A stretch of 64,000 bases of DNA. It comes from Octopus sinensis. Its lineage: Eukaryota. The stretch lies in contig NC_042999.1 in the NCBI RefSeq assembly GCF_006345805.1, positions 18,972,001 to 19,036,000 on the forward strand, written 5' to 3'. The notes under the pieces are model-generated. The model was given only the letters and a program-made list of their open reading frames with translations, had not been told where the DNA came from and made no database searches. Every line of letters starts with the position of its first letter. The stretch's first letter is position 1. Below are positions 12,969 to 27,782 of this stretch, piece by piece. The position numbers were made by a program, and so were the translations under genes.

Positions 12969-13574
12969 TATTTTCGCATTTTTATTATGACATCCAATGT
13001 TTCAATTTTAGTTTATACTGGAGCCGCTGCGGTTATATAGACTGTCTCCCAATAGAAACAGAACTAAGCACTGTATGCCCTTTTTCTATCGGCAAACCAT
13101 TTTATATAGGCAGTTCCACACATCATCATACTCTATGATGAAGAAATAAATTTACTCGTTTACAAATATTAAAATATAATTGTAGTCGATTATTTCGACA
13201 ACTATCCATTGGGACGACTTATTTCATCAGAACTTCAATGATGATATTCAATTCGAACATTCTGTGATTTTTATCGCAGAACATAAAGTTCTAAACATTG
13301 CATGGTATCGTATGTTTCTATCAAATTTTTCCCACATAGTATATCTATAATATTTATCGATTGTTATGTTAGGTTGAAGGTGTCTCTGTGTTCAAATCTC
13401 GCCGGTAACGAATTACCATTTAATTTGTTCAGTATCTGTAAATTATATATCGAAGCACTAGTTAAATGAAATTGCGTCTTCCCAGCTTTAAAATGTTACA
13501 CTGTGTAATATTCGTGTAATATGTCAGTAATATGTACCATTAAAAATACTGTAGAATAACGTTCTTTAATTTTT

Positions 13575-13915
13575 AATTTTAATTTAATTTAACATTTATT
13601 AGCTCAAAAAGCAAAACCAAGGCCATGTAGGGGGACAGGGAGTTATGTACAGGGAGGAAGGTCATACAAAGCCAGACTTTGAACCGAGCGGTCGTCGGCA
13701 TCTTCACTATCTCGTCCGGCAGCTTATTCCACGGATATGCAACCCGGACGGAGACAGCCCCTCTCCTACGATTGAGATGAAATCGTCGTAGATAGAGCTT
13801 TTCGGAGTGACCCCCACAGCCCTCGCTCTGGAGCAGGAGTGACGAACAGCTCTTTCGAGAGGTTACACTTTCCGCTTATGATGTTGTGAGCGAGAATGAG
13901 ATCACCGCGGCGTCC
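13575..13915 (-). mobile_element. CR1-type LINE 3' fragment
   Basis: Homologous to the 3' end of the 21732-22575 copy. Confidence 0.8.
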
Positions 13916-14545
13916 TATAACACCTGAGGGTCTCATGCTGTTTTTTGCAGGTATTGAAGCTGCTTATTCTATTCAAGAACATATTTTCTAGAAATAGCAG
14001 AAAAACCTCCCTGAAATTATACTGTATCGTTTTGAAAAAAGGAAGACTTATTGGATTATTATTCTCTGATATGCTGTGACTGAAAGAGCGACAGGGGTTT
14101 TATGGCTAAAAGGTTTTCATCATACGTCAACTGAATCAATGACTTGCTGTCGGTTATCTTGCATTGTAAGTTAACCTAAAGCAACAATCCGTAGTCGATT
14201 ACGTATTTAACAAATGTGCATTAAAGATATTGGACCCCATGTAAGTGTACTATACAAATATGTGCTTATAAGACAACTTTTTAGTGAAGTTAATTGCTAT
14301 ATCGCATAATACTGAACTTTATCAACAGGAAGATTTTGTTAAAAAATAAATAAAATTAATTTTACTATTGACTCGCATAGCTAGCCAAGCTGAGTTTCAT
14401 CAAGTGATCACACGAAACCGAATGCAATTTAATTAAATAGATCCTCCATTCAAATTGCTGATCCCGTTTCAAAATTAGAAGGAGATATTTGGCGTGCTTC
14501 TGCTACCATAACAATTTAATTTTATGAATATTATACAAAATAATG

Positions 14546-14792
14546 TGGAGGTGCGTAGCTTAGTAGTTAGGGTGTTGAACTCATGATCGTAAGGTTGTGG
14601 CTTCGATTCCTGGACCGGGTGATGCGTTGTGTTCTTGAGCAAAATACTTCATTTTCACGTTGCTCCAGTCCACTCGGCTGGCAAGAATGAGTAATCCTGC
14701 GACGGACCGGCGTCCTGTTCAGATGGGGAATTTCTACGCCACTCAAACCGGGAAACTGGCCCTTATGAGCCTGGCATGGCTCGAGAAGGAAC
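14546..14792 (+). mobile_element. tRNA-derived SINE
   Basis: A/B-box head, then GCGTTGTGTTCTTGAGCAA body as at 27533. Confidence 0.8.
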
Positions 14793-14984
14793 ATTAATTT
14801 TATTTATACAAAATACTAATGTGTATTAATAATAAATAAATACGTCCACTATTTATCGCTTAATAAACTAATCAATATACTTCAAATAACTTTGTATGGA
14901 CTAACATCTGCATTCTATTGTAGCTTCAGACCACTCAAATATTACGGGATATATATAACACTTATAAAATGCATATGCGATGTG

Positions 14985-15160
14985 TAGGCGCTATAGCCCA
15001 GTGGTTAGGAGAGCAGATTGACGGTGGTATGATTGCGGTTTCGATTCGTAGACCAGGTGTTGTGAGGTTTATTGAGGAAAAACACCTAAATGTCCACGAG
15101 GCCCCGACAGGTGGGGGTGGCGAACCATGCTGTACGATTTCACTACACCATTCTTTGTGT
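14985..15160 (+). mobile_element. tRNA-derived SINE (truncated)
   Basis: Diverged copy of the 36720 family. Confidence 0.65.
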
Positions 15161-15375
15161 GACTTGCTCTGTTTTCTATTTTTCTGTCATTGTTTGCGTA
15201 TTTAACTCATTTGTTTTCGTACTTCATGTTGTTTGCTGTTAGTGACGTCCTGTAACCATATATTCAGCAACATTTCCTTAAAGTAAAGTAAAATCGATGT
15301 CCTTGGAGGGGCGATTGTTACTGCTGTTTAGCCCCAGGAGACATAGTTTCCAGCTGGCTATACAACACAGTATCT

Positions 15376-15650
15376 GTGCCTTTATATTTTCGAACAGGGA
15401 TTTCAGCATTCCCATCCAGCACAAAACAACACCTGTGGACCGGTTTTTAGACTATTGCCCTTTATCAACACAGAGTAGCTTCTTGGCTATGTGGTGTTAC
15501 TGAATTCACGGTTCGAAAATATGTATACTGCTGACTTCACCGTTCGAAAAGTGTGTGTTGATAAAGCGCAAGAACCCAGAAACCGGTCCACAGGTGTTGT
15601 TTTGTGATGTATGGGAGTGCAGAATACGCTGTTCGAAAATATAAGGACAC
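15376..15650. repeat. Fold-back/MITE-like inverted repeat (~98-bp arms)
   Basis: 15376-15473 is the imperfect reverse complement of 15553-15650. Confidence 0.85.
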
Positions 15651-15859
15651 ATATAAGGACATATAAGGCCGCCAAGAGAAAACGTAGTCTATGAGTATTA
15701 CGTAATGTTGGAAATTGGAGCGATGATCTCCCTTGCAAACATTATATGGACATAGGCTGTGTGTCGATAGCCAGCTGGAAAAGATGTTTTCCAGGGGCTT
15801 AAACAAGAGAAACACTGTTCTTTATACCCCTGCCACATTCTGTTTGCAAATAGACATCA

Positions 15860-15949
15860 CTATATGTATATATGTATGAGTGTGTGTATGTATTTATGTG
15901 TATATATATATATATACACATAAATACATACACACAAACACACACACAT

Positions 15950-16023
<74 letters not shown>

Positions 16024-16035
16024 TACATATATACT
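15860..16035. repeat. (TA)n/(CA)n microsatellite
   Basis: Directly visible. Confidence 0.9.
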
Positions 16036-17015
16036 CACGCACACATACACAAAGATACAAACTCAAAACCCGCGTTTATTCCATGTATATATATTATATG
16101 GGAGTAAGAACAGAAATCATGTTGTAGCAATGAAACTATTGGCACAACATGAGACACAAAATGTGGAACTCTTTTAATTCAGTGAATCAGTGATATATGT
16201 TACAGCCATCAACATCCATGGCATCTTGAAGTGTGTATCTTAACATTTTTGTAAAGCATGTGGAATGGAAAAAAAAAATATCTGTCTTAGCCGTTATACT
16301 GGCGTATTCATCTATAATGTTGTTTGTCACATTTGGTTTTGTGTTAAGCGAGTATAAATTAAATTTTATGGATTTTTTATTATACTAACAATATATATTC
16401 TTATTAAAACTCCCTAAAATCGTGATACATATTGATTTTTCTTTCCTGGCATGACATAAGTTTGTGAAAGGAATTTCTAACTTTTTCTGTTATTTAATTC
16501 CTGTCAGGAATTTTTTGTATTGCATTTCAGAGCTTCCTATTGCGAACTCTGCATATATGCATGGTGTAAACTATGGGGTTTAGATATGTAATAGGATCGT
16601 GTTAATTTGAATTTCTTGAGTTTTTTAGTTTGGTTTGTTTTTTATTATATGAGTGCATCATTTTAGAGTTTCTTTATTTATGCTGACAATGTTCATTGAA
16701 TAAGGAGGTAAAAACCTGGAATATATACAGGAAGTGTTGTTATTAAATACAATACATACCCAGGGTAGTCTTTAGTAATTATTGTAAAATCAAGACCAGC
16801 AGATTATATTCGTGCGTTTGCTCAGGTTTTATAAATTAAAGACACATATTTTACATACTTTGGAAAATTTACATGCGTGTATAAATATATATGCATGAAA
16901 TATATATACACATACATACAAACATGCTAATATACATATATTATTTATGCATGCACATATGAATATGTATGTATAAGTGTATATGTATGTATGTATATAT
17001 ATAGGCATGTATATA

Positions 17016-17397
17016 TCTATTATATAAAATCTGTTCTGTCTGTGTATGTGTGTCTTCTAGGATCTCGGGCATCCTCCACCCGATAGCGCTCAAATTTGAT
17101 ATGTAGATACCGACGGTATCAGGGCGTGTATAAGTGTTGACAAAATTACTAAAATCGATACCAGGTGAGAATGCGATCGATAAAGCCGTGGGAACGTGCA
17201 TTTGTACGCGCAAGTACATCAGCTGTTGCGATAGATACTACGAGTACACAAGAAAATGCACGTGGAGTTTGCGCAAAAAAAGCCGGCTGGCTTGAAATAA
17301 TGCCACAGAATGCGACGGTCGGACAGGTTGTTTTGACAAAATTTGGTTTAAATGTTTGATAACTCAGCACCGTCCATTGGAGGGGGACGTTTTGCTC

Positions 17398-17398
<1 letters not shown>
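17016..17398 (+). mobile_element. Short non-autonomous Helitron-like element
   Basis: A|TCTATTATATAAAA 5' end; 3' hairpin CGTCC..GGACG then CTCG|T (variant of CTRR). Confidence 0.55.
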
Positions 17399-17463
<65 letters not shown>

Positions 17464-17501
17464 TTATATATATTTATATATATATTATATATATTTATAT
17501 A

Positions 17502-17570
<69 letters not shown>
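17399..17570. repeat. (TA)n microsatellite
   Basis: Directly visible. Confidence 0.95.
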
Positions 17571-17574
<4 letters not shown>

Positions 17575-20500
17575 ACATACCTGTTTTCCGTTCTGGAAGT
17601 GCGTTAACAATATGAAATTACATATATGTTGACCGTTATATATGCTGTTATCTTTGGCCCGTTGGCAAAATTTTTAACAAACTGGGAAAATGCGAGGCGA
17701 CATTTCCTGCATCTTCACGCTCTAAGTTCAAAATCTACGGAGGTCCACCTGGCCTTACATAACTTCTGGATCGATAGAATGAGTACCAGTTGAACAGTGG
17801 GATTAATGTTATCAACTTACCCACTACTCCAAGTTTACTCAACTTGTGCCAAAATATTAATTTGCTAATTTACTATTTTAATGAGTGACATTTATGCTAA
17901 ACACCATAGCACACACCATGGACTTCTGTTGCAATCTGAATCCACGATTTTTGAACCACACTTACACCTCGTATTATTATCCTTTCTGTATTGTCTTGTA
18001 AGATAACAGCTAAGATAAGGATTTTTTTTTTTTTTGGAGATCATGTTTTGTTCATTTCTTGTCCTGCGTTGATTTTTATGTTTTGTTAATCTCAATAATT
18101 CCTTATATAGATCGTTTCCTTGGTGTGATTAACTTTTTGAGTCTTTATTTCCTTCATGAATACAGCCAAAAGTTTGTTTCATATGCTTCCTGTCAGCTTG
18201 ATTATTTCTCCTGCTATATGACATTCATTTGTGTTTGATTTTTTAGATTCACTACGTTTACTTTTGGAATGGGTTTCTTTTTGCAGTTTTCTGGTTTCTC
18301 CATGTTCATACGATAAATGTATCTATTATACATACATAATAAAATTTGTGGAATATTTTTACAGCGTGTTGATTATTTTTCAGATATTCATATCAAAGAT
18401 TGCAATTCCAATGAACATGTATATGATTCTAACAAAATCGTATCTTATTTCGTCGTTGCTAGTGTATTTATATATAATTTCCTTTATTTTTATACTGATT
18501 ATTGATTGAGGATTTATATAGAAATGTATGCAATTTAACATAAGACCAACAGTTTAAGGAGACAAAGGTTAGCCGATTTCGTCGATCCCTGTAATTGACA
18601 GGTATTTTATTTCAACAATCCAGGAAGGATGAAAGACGAAATTAACTTTGGCCGAATTTGAGCCGGAAGACATGCAGCTAAGCCTTTTCTTGATGCGGTA
18701 ACGATTCTGGCAGCTCACGGCTTTTCGATTTCAAATAATTTTTCATTATCCTTCAATGGCGTTTTTTTTTTTTCAGCTTCATCCGTAGCCATATATTTGT
18801 AGTTGAGATCGTATTCGCAAAACTCATTCAGTGTCTAAGTCAAATGCCACAAGTAGGTTTTGAGAACATTTCTCTGTCTTTTCGGAGCAGATTGTCCATT
18901 TGTTGATATATCTATTTTAATATCGTTCTAAAAGCATTTTGTTTCTTGACATCAGTTTTAAAATTTCACTTACACAAATAATACGTAATTAATCGTGAGT
19001 TGTTTTAAGCATATGTAATTTAATTTAGCGCAGTTTCTGATGGTGCATATTTACATTCAAATGAAAACAAAATGATTACAAAATATCAGGATTTTTGTAA
19101 TGCTATCGACGTTAGTTTTCGATGCCATTATTAGTGAGAAAAAGCCCCTCTTCTACTATCCATAAAACAAATTTATAGTATTAGACCATTTAGTAAGTAT
19201 CCGAGTGTTTTAGATATTTTCTCGGTTGTAATCGATTGAATACCATAGCTACAGCTCGACATATACAGGCCATGCATATGAACATGATTTTGCCGTGATT
19301 TCAATTCTAGAACCATCTTACCAACTGACTTCATTTTATTGAAAATCGTCCTGCTGGTTACATTGAGCTATATCTGTAGCGGTATTGTATTTTCTTCAGT
19401 TACATAACGATTGAAATCTATGTATTTTGATATATGTTCCCATAGAAAATTTCAATTTTCTTGTCAGTTACGTGATTTCCGTTATAGACGAGTTCTTGTT
19501 TTTCAAATGACTTTTTATCGCACAAGCAATCGCTTCAATCCTTGATATATTCTTCTCTCTTACTTTCTTTATATATTTGCATAATATATTTTCCTCTATT
19601 TTCGAAGGCACATATTTGACACATTAATAACTGTATTCTGTTGGGCAGTGATCTGTCATCTATTTTTTTTTTTTTTTTACATCTTGTCACTTATTGTCTG
19701 ACATTTTGTGTCATTCTTTTTTTTATATTTGTGTGACAGATGATATACTGTATTAAAATGTGTAATCTTCTTTTGGATAGTACCCTGACTACTCAGAAAG
19801 TTAGGACATTTAGTTTATCTATATATACATTAACTGTTTACTCCAGCCGAACATATTTCTACTCATATATAAATATTGGTGCTTCATTGTTTAATAGTAT
19901 AACTAGGTTTAAAGATATCCTTATGGTCCTTTAAAATTCTTTCTTCACCCTGATAATTTTCCTACTTCGATGTTTTCCTTTATGATAACTATAAAGCAGA
20001 CTTTGTGGGCATGCAGCTGTTTCGTCGTTTTCTAACGTTCTTCATCGGATCATATATTGAACTCTGTATGCTTTCATCTTTAAGACTGTGTGCGAGGTTT
20101 GAAGTATATAAATGATAATTCTGGTGGATTTACTGGATATGTAGACCACACATCTGTGACCCGGTTTGTATACAATACGGAGAATAATTTCCTGACTACC
20201 AAATCATTGTTTCCGGAGAACTTTTTTCTTTATGTTCTACACCGCAAATTGAATCCATTGTTTTTTCTGCTGCCATTTTGGTTGTTTTTAATGTGGTAAT
20301 TAAATATTGCATCTATATTCGTATTTGCGATTTGTTATTTATTTCTTGATCGTCTCATCTGGAATATTTGGTTATTCGGTTTAGTGTATGCATAACAAAT
20401 CAAGTGTCGCTACCTACTAAAAGAATAGAGGAAATCTAAGAATTAACACGACACCTGTCGTTTAAGTTCCGTTTCTTTTTGTTATGTTTCCTATATTCAT

Positions 20501-21731
20501 GAATATACTAATAACGTTTCTTCGATTATTTTTACCGCAGTAGGGTACGTTTTGAGAATATTTTCCTAAGTTGTTGCGCTTTCACCCAATCACTGAAGGT
20601 TGAGGAAGACCAGTATTATCATTTCTGAAAGATTTCACAATTGCCTAACAGCAAATGTGAATTATAGAAATATTAGCAAGTTATACAATCTCGTAAAAGC
20701 TTCCTTTTTCATTTCGAGCGTCTGTTGTGTTTTGCAAGGTTGTGTAATATGTGAAAAATTACAAGGTGTTATTTGCTCTTTGATCCAGCGTTTCTGTGAT
20801 GTTGTCCTTTTATTTTGATATACAACCATTTTTGAGATTTATTATTAGGAGTTAACATACGTATAGGAAACATATGCATAGGACACACATTCTATCGCTT
20901 GTCTTACACGTATTTCGTAGCGTGATCACATTAAATTCACTCTGCAGCATTTCCTCATAAATTCTACTGGATATTGCTTTTACTATCGAATGCATTGTCG
21001 GTCATTGATATATCTTATTTATCGTTCGTTCGTCAATTTTTTTACCCTTTCCTTTTTTTTTATTATTTTCCAGCCTTTTTCAGTATGATCGGTCGATATA
21101 TATATATATATTTTTTTTTATAGTAAACAATATATTTGTTGCATGATCAATACAACGACCTCGTAAAATATGTATTCGTTGTATTTTCTGTCAAACAAAT
21201 ACAAAGCGCATTACTACCTACATCATTTGCTAATTTTGTTCTTTGATTCGGAGATGTTATTGAATCGCACTTTTTTGTATTTTTTCTTATTGAGCGTCAT
21301 AATGCATAATCTTGTTTTCATTAATATTTATATTCTCAGGGAGGAGAACCATAGCCAGAATTGGTAACATATAGGATAAAATGATTTACTGTATTTAGTT
21401 GTGGCTTTTTATATTTCGAGTTTAAATACCACCAAAGTCGAACATTCTTTATGTCATCCCAGGGTCAATAACATAAGGTACCATTTAAGTGCTGGGTCGA
21501 AATAATTAAATATAACCTACTGGAATTTGAAACCTTTTGTCTATGCGAAACATGTATATTTGCTTTTATCGGAGGGAAATAGTTTGACAGAGTTTATAGG
21601 AAAGTAGACAAAAGCGCATTTAGTATTCTATTATATCGTATTTGATTCTGAGTTCAAATCTCTCCAATCCCGTCGTCTGTCATCCTTCATGGATCTTTGA
21701 AAATAATTTGTAGTCAAATAGAAAAGTCGTA

Positions 21732-22575
21732 TGTTAGTTAGTTAGTTAGGTAATTTGGCTCAAAAGCAAATAGCAAGGCCATGTAGGGGGACATGGAGTT
21801 AAGTACAGGGTGGTGTTCATGTAAAGAGTTCAGGCCACTTGAGGTCCAGGGAGGCTTTGAACAAAGCGGTCGTCGGCATCTTCACCATCTCGTCTGGTAG
21901 CTTGTTCCACGGATCCGCAACCCGGACGGAGAAAGCTCCTCTCCTTCGATTGAGATGAAATCGTCGCAGGTAGGGCTTTTCGGAATGACCCCGCAGCCGA
22001 CGCTCCGGAGCAGGAGTGAAGAACAGCTCTTTCGAGAGGTTACACTTCCCGCTTATGATGTTGTGGGCGAGAATGAGATCACCACGGCGGCGGCGTTTTT
22101 CAAGAGAATAAAGGTCGAGCGTCCTCAGCCTTTCTTCGTAGGACAAATTTTTGAGACCATGAACCATGCGGGTAGCCAGCTTCTGGACTCTTTCGAGATG
22201 CTGTATGTCTTTGAGGAGATAAGGAGAAGAGGCTTGAATCCCATGCTCCAATATGGGTCTCACCAGCGTGACATAGAGTGGTAGGAATATGGCTGCTGTG
22301 AGCATTCCGAATGACCGTCGAATCAAAAACAGAATTCCGCGCGCTTTGTTGGGAGCATGGACGCACTGGGCCGAAGGCGAAAAGGAGGAATCCACCAAGA
22401 TACCCAGGTCCTTTACCTGATCGGTCCTCTCCAGCAGCAGACGACCCGGCTCGAAATCAAGTTGAGTAGCAGGAGTAGAGCCGACAGGCAGATGACAGCA
22501 CTTTGACACGTTCAGACACAGGTCCCAATCGTTAGACCACTTCCAAATTTGGTGGAGGCATCGATTATAAGCGAT
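21732..22575 (-). mobile_element. 5'-truncated CR1-type LINE (RT C-terminal region, ORF 21817-22596)
   Basis: VKDLGILVDS, LVRPILE, LERVQKLATRMV, LSYEERLRTLDLYSLEKRRRRGDLI, FSVRVADPWNKLP; (CTAA)n tail. Confidence 0.9.
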
Positions 22576-25500
22576 TATATAAGCGATTATATTCATGTTT
22601 CAGAATATGGCGCATTGGGAAAATCTTTTAATTAGATAATGCTATTTATCAACCTGAACAGGGAGAACGATATAAAGTGCCACTTGATCGGCTACTATAT
22701 AATGGGGGTGGAAGCTACGTTTCTTCAGGCCTCTGCAAACATTGAGGAGGTTTCCAGTTGAATAGTGTCAGTCCGTCAGTCCATCAATACGATGAATGCT
22801 GATATTCAAATAGCTAGTGTTAAAATGGACATTCATAATCGATTTTGATGTTCTACATTTCTGCCTCCTTTTTCCTGAATTTCCCAGATGACCAAGTCCA
22901 AAAGCAACAGCTCTTATCAGCGCAACCACTCTGTAATTAGACAGTGATGTCAGATTAATAAATGGGAACCTTGTGGGATATCTATCGCGTAGGTTTGCTA
23001 ATTAGTCAGACTATTAGTATGTGATATGTAAAAACCATTCAATGATCTGGCTTCGGATAAGAGAAACATAATAAAAAAAAGAACAAAAAATCAAATCCAT
23101 TTTTAACCACAGACTACATGTGTGCAAGCAGATATGTATGGGTTTTCAGACTATTAGAACGAATAATGCATTGGTGTCAGACACTTTATATGCTTACTTT
23201 CGTCGACCATCGCATCGTTATTAATGAGAAATGATGTTGTTCTGCCTGGAACACTAGGTATATATTTGAGCGAATATTGTACATGGGAAGGGAGCAATAA
23301 ATATGTGAAAGCAAGTATTACAAGGTCTGTCCAAATCTTTTGTACCTTTCCACTCGTGCATGCTATTGCCTGAAAACATTCTTTGGCAATGGAGAGGCGA
23401 CTTGGGATCTCACTGGTTTTGTAAGTTCAGGAATGAAAGTAACACGGAAAGCAATTGCGGACAACAAGAAAATGTTGCTAATTTCAGTTTCACAACATTG
23501 CTAAATGTAATAGAGAAATGGCATAGTATTTGCACAATTTTGGATCCTAACTCCTGACGCTTTCTTAGCAGTATCATCTTTAATGATATCTATTCTGGAT
23601 AAATTTATTCTGCGAAACATCATTGCAAATCTGGATGAGTTAGGGCTTTATTAACCTTCGATTGCTAAACGCTTGATGACTGAAAATGCTTGATAAATGC
23701 AAGAATTGCAAACGATTTTCTCGAGTGTTACGCTAAATTTCGATGGCAAAATCATGGTATAGAAGATTTATTTGTGCATAGAGTCAAATTCCGTTATCAG
23801 ATTATATACGCCTTTGTCGGAATTCTTTCATTTCACATGTTCTGCCCCATAAGTGGGAGCTTTTTATACATTACTCAGCCCTTTTGCACTTCTGGAGCAG
23901 GTTCCATGTTTCAGTGTGCATTCCTTTTCAATGCAACAGATCAAAGCATTGTATATACGGGTGAAACCAATTTCATGAGCTTCCTTACCTGAGAGTGACC
24001 TACAAATAGTTAAGACGTCTTTTGACACTGTACTGAAAAAACCGACTTAATAACAGGACACCCTATATAAAACAAAGCATTTGTCTTCCAGCTCTCTCTT
24101 TTGATATATATGTAAATGCCGGCCAAAATTTAGAGATGATTATCATTGGAAATTTAAGATCAATGTCATGATTCCTTTCAGATCTATAATTGTGTAGAAA
24201 TTGCCAGTCTTTCATATAAATAGCTGTGCGGAAGCGTTTACTAAGAGTCGATTATGATTGTGTGATTTTCCTTCATGCCATTTATAAACAAGTTCGAATA
24301 GCTAAGAACAAAAGTATCCACAATACTATAGAATATAGTCACTTTAAGACAGAGTTTTATTCCACGTTGTTTGGGGCACATTACCACCTTCAATTTTCAT
24401 TTTCTGTTTGTTTTATTTTCAGTAAATTTCACTTGTGTGCCATATTGGCTGGAAATACTGTCATCTCAAGGATTTACGTAGAATCTTGATATTTAGTTCG
24501 TGCTTTGAGAGTCCTAAACACGATTAACCCTTTTTCTCGCTCCTAATATTCTTTATCATACCAAGTGCTACAATTACTCCACCACCATCTTCGTTTTCAG
24601 TCACTTAGTTATGACTGATCCCATTTGATGTAGACTGCGTCTCCATTTCGTTCCTAGTTATTTGTGGCCTCCTGCAATATTTTCTACTGTATGTCTCCTG
24701 CGATTGTATAGATTCTTGGTTAAATCAGGACAGTAAAAGAGAATGTGGTAAATAGATTCTTCATCATCTCAATATATTCTGGAATTATTTAGCGTATTGT
24801 GCTTCACTACATTATCCTTTTCTCTTTTTGGCGAGTTATATTCAGTTGTACTTCAAATACATTCACTTCAGTCTCTTGTATATGCCGCACATCCCTCACC
24901 AAATTTCTGGTATTTCTCTATTCCGAAACTTTCAGCTTCATCAAGTATTTGCCATGCGGATGTTTACCTGCCTAACATTTATCATGGAAGCTGTAGTCGA
25001 AACTCTAGCTTAAAGTTGAACTGGAATACAAGTTTGGTTGTCAGACATTTTTTTTCAACGCTACTTGTTATTGTCGATTCTATTTGCATTAGTATTTCTT
25101 GAAGATCGAAAACAAAATTTTCTCGCTGTTATTATGTAGTCATTTGTTGGAATTACAATTATACTGCGCAGAATATCTTTCTTGTCTTACGGGAGATATT
25201 TCGCAATAAATTTCTAGTTGTGCAACGTAACCTACTTTATTTATTCGTGTTTAAACTACTAATTATCTATCAGAAATTTTATATTGTATATTCTAAATGC
25301 AGTCGTTAAAATCCTTGTTTACTTAACTCGTTTTGATAGTTCGTTTAGCACACGATTCAGGATAATATAACTTATTATTGTACAAATTAGCCTATTGATA
25401 CCTATCATCTCTGATTTTTTTTATCTCTGCTCCGCTGAACATATTAATCTTATGCATCTATAATTTCATACCTAATCGGTTTCTACGTTAATGTGTTTTG

Positions 25501-26274
25501 TGCATTGTCTAGTTCATTGATTTCCAAATATCTGTATGCTTGTGCTTAGCCTTGGTCTAATTCTCGTATCTAAGTATCTTTATCTAGCGTGATATAATGT
25601 TTTCCCTTCTTTCAAGGATGCTTAGGCACATTTCTCTAATAAACTCTCTTATCGACTTGTTTGGGAAATCCGTGTAATGTTCTTCGTGCTGTATCCAGTT
25701 GTTTATCATTTGCCACACACAATTTGATATCATCAATCTTACCATAACATTTGTGTTTACATCCGGTTCCCTTTTATCATGTCCGTTAAAGGTGACAGTG
25801 CCAGACAGAAAATGTGTGTGAGACAAAGTACAATCTTGCAGCATTTATTTTCTATTGTAGACTGCTCTAGCTTTTATAATTCACACTTTTTGAAATCTAT
25901 TTGTGTGAAAATATCCAGTTCGCTCAGAGTTACCATCTGTTAGGAATCTCAGACATCGATATTTCTGGTTTTTGCACTCTTGTCAATGAAATATACCTAA
26001 GAGAGGCAACTCTGAACGAACTTCATAAAGCTGGAGCTTTATATTTGCTTCAGACAGCACGTTGATTGATGTGTTATAGTAGATCACCCGATGAAGGTAA
26101 ATAGCGAAGCATTGGCGCAAAGCAGTGTTTAGATTTGAGCAGAATTCCGGTTAATTCAAATATGATGTCACATATAACAACTGGGAAATGGCAAATACAC
26201 TGTAATCACGTGGAGAAAAAAATCTCTCTTATGGTAATGTGTGAAGAAATCCGGTCCCTAATATATATATATAT

Positions 26275-26616
26275 ATGGTGACCTCCCTTCGGTCAGATAC
26301 TGACCATAGGTTTGCACCTAGAGAGTTACCCTCTGAGGTACAAGTCTGGGCAAAGTTGTTTTATGGAAGACCAGTAGTCGCCCATGCATACCGGCCTCCC
26401 CTCTCCACGTCACTGATGTTGTCCAAGGGAAAGGCAAGGGCCGATACAGCGTGGCACCTGTGACGTCGCAACTCATTTCTACAGCTGAGTGAACTGGAGC
26501 AACGTGAAATAAAATGTCTTGCTCAAGAACACAACACGCAGCCCGGTCCGGGATTCGAGCTCACAACCTCACGGGCGTAAGCTCGACGCTCTAACCACTG
26601 AGCCACGCGCCTTCAC
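26275..26616 (-). mobile_element. tRNA-derived SINE, near full length
   Basis: Head at ~26616, body shared with 7255 and 48870. Confidence 0.8.
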
Positions 26617-26619
26617 GCC

Positions 26620-26802
26620 ACACATATACATATATATATATATTATATATATATATATATGTATATGTGTGTGTGTGTGTGTGTCTGTATGTATGTATGT
26701 ATGTATGTATGTATGTATGTATGTATGTATGTATGTATGTATGTATGTATGTATGTATGTATGTATGTATGTATGTATGTGTGTGTGTATGTGTGTGTGT
26801 GT
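26620..26802. repeat. (TA)/(TG)/(TATG)n microsatellite
   Basis: Directly visible. Confidence 0.95.
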
Positions 26803-27107
26803 ATAGGTTAATAATGTTAGCGGTTAGAATAAACATCTTAGGGATAAACAAGAGTGTATCAGGGATCAAATTTAGATTACGAAGAAAAGGTAGAAAATTC
26901 TTGATCAACAAATTGACTACGATCGATTAATATTTTTTAATACAAGATTTTATCACATCTAACCGCCGTTTCTGCGTTCAATGGCCTTCAGCAGTCAAAA
27001 AAATCTCTGAAAATAATATTCGTCATATTCTATAGCACATCTGATCTGGTACATGGCGCTTCATCAGAGTGAAGAAAGATACATAAATGTATATGCATAT
27101 ATGTGTG

Positions 27108-27138
<31 letters not shown>

Positions 27139-27532
27139 CGTATATATATATACGTATATATAATTTTTTCATAATTTTCATATACACGTATATATAGACG
27201 TATGCATGAACGTATGTGTAACTAATTTATGGAATATAACCATATAACACGGAATGAAAATTAAAGTAGGATTTTTATACACATTGGTCCAATATGTGAT
27301 GCTTATTGCCATGACTTCCTAATTACTTATGTCAACGACGTTGTATGAATTCACTTGGGAAAAACAAAAAGAAATAGTTCATAATGCATAATCTCTTGGA
27401 TTAAAATATAGTCACGCTATGGAAATGATGAACTTATATCTGATAAAGAACGACGTCTCTACATATGTTGATCCATTAATGTAAATGAGAATGATTTTTA
27501 TATATTTTCTTTCTTTATTAAATTTGTAATTG

Positions 27533-27782
27533 TGGAGGCGCGTGGCTTAGTGGTTAGGGTGTTAGCATCATAATCGTAAGATTGTGGTTTCGATTCCTGG
27601 ACCGGGCGACGCGTTGTGTTCTTGAGCAAAACTCTTCATTTCATGTTGCTCCAGTCCACTCAGATGGCAAAAATTAGTAACGCTGCGATGGACTGTCGTC
27701 CCGTGAAGCTGGGGAAAACATACGCCATAGAAAATGGGAAAGCGGGCCCATAAGCCTGGCTAGGCTTTAAAAGGGCGCATTT
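27533..27782 (+). mobile_element. tRNA-derived SINE
   Basis: Same family as 14546. Confidence 0.8.

Noticed and set aside
13951-14165. Exon-like segment (TTTTTTGCAG ... GTAAGT)
   Set aside because: No open frame without several assumed indels.
23318-24066. Possible Tc1/mariner TIR-like ends
   Set aside because: The two ends do not match and no transposase motif was recognised.
24600-26150. Possibly decayed LINE sequence on the minus strand
   Set aside because: No diagnostic motif could be read with confidence.
26960-26998. Hammerhead-like remnant on minus strand (CTGCTGAAGGCC..GAAAC)
   Set aside because: Core and stem II are broken; at most a decayed copy.
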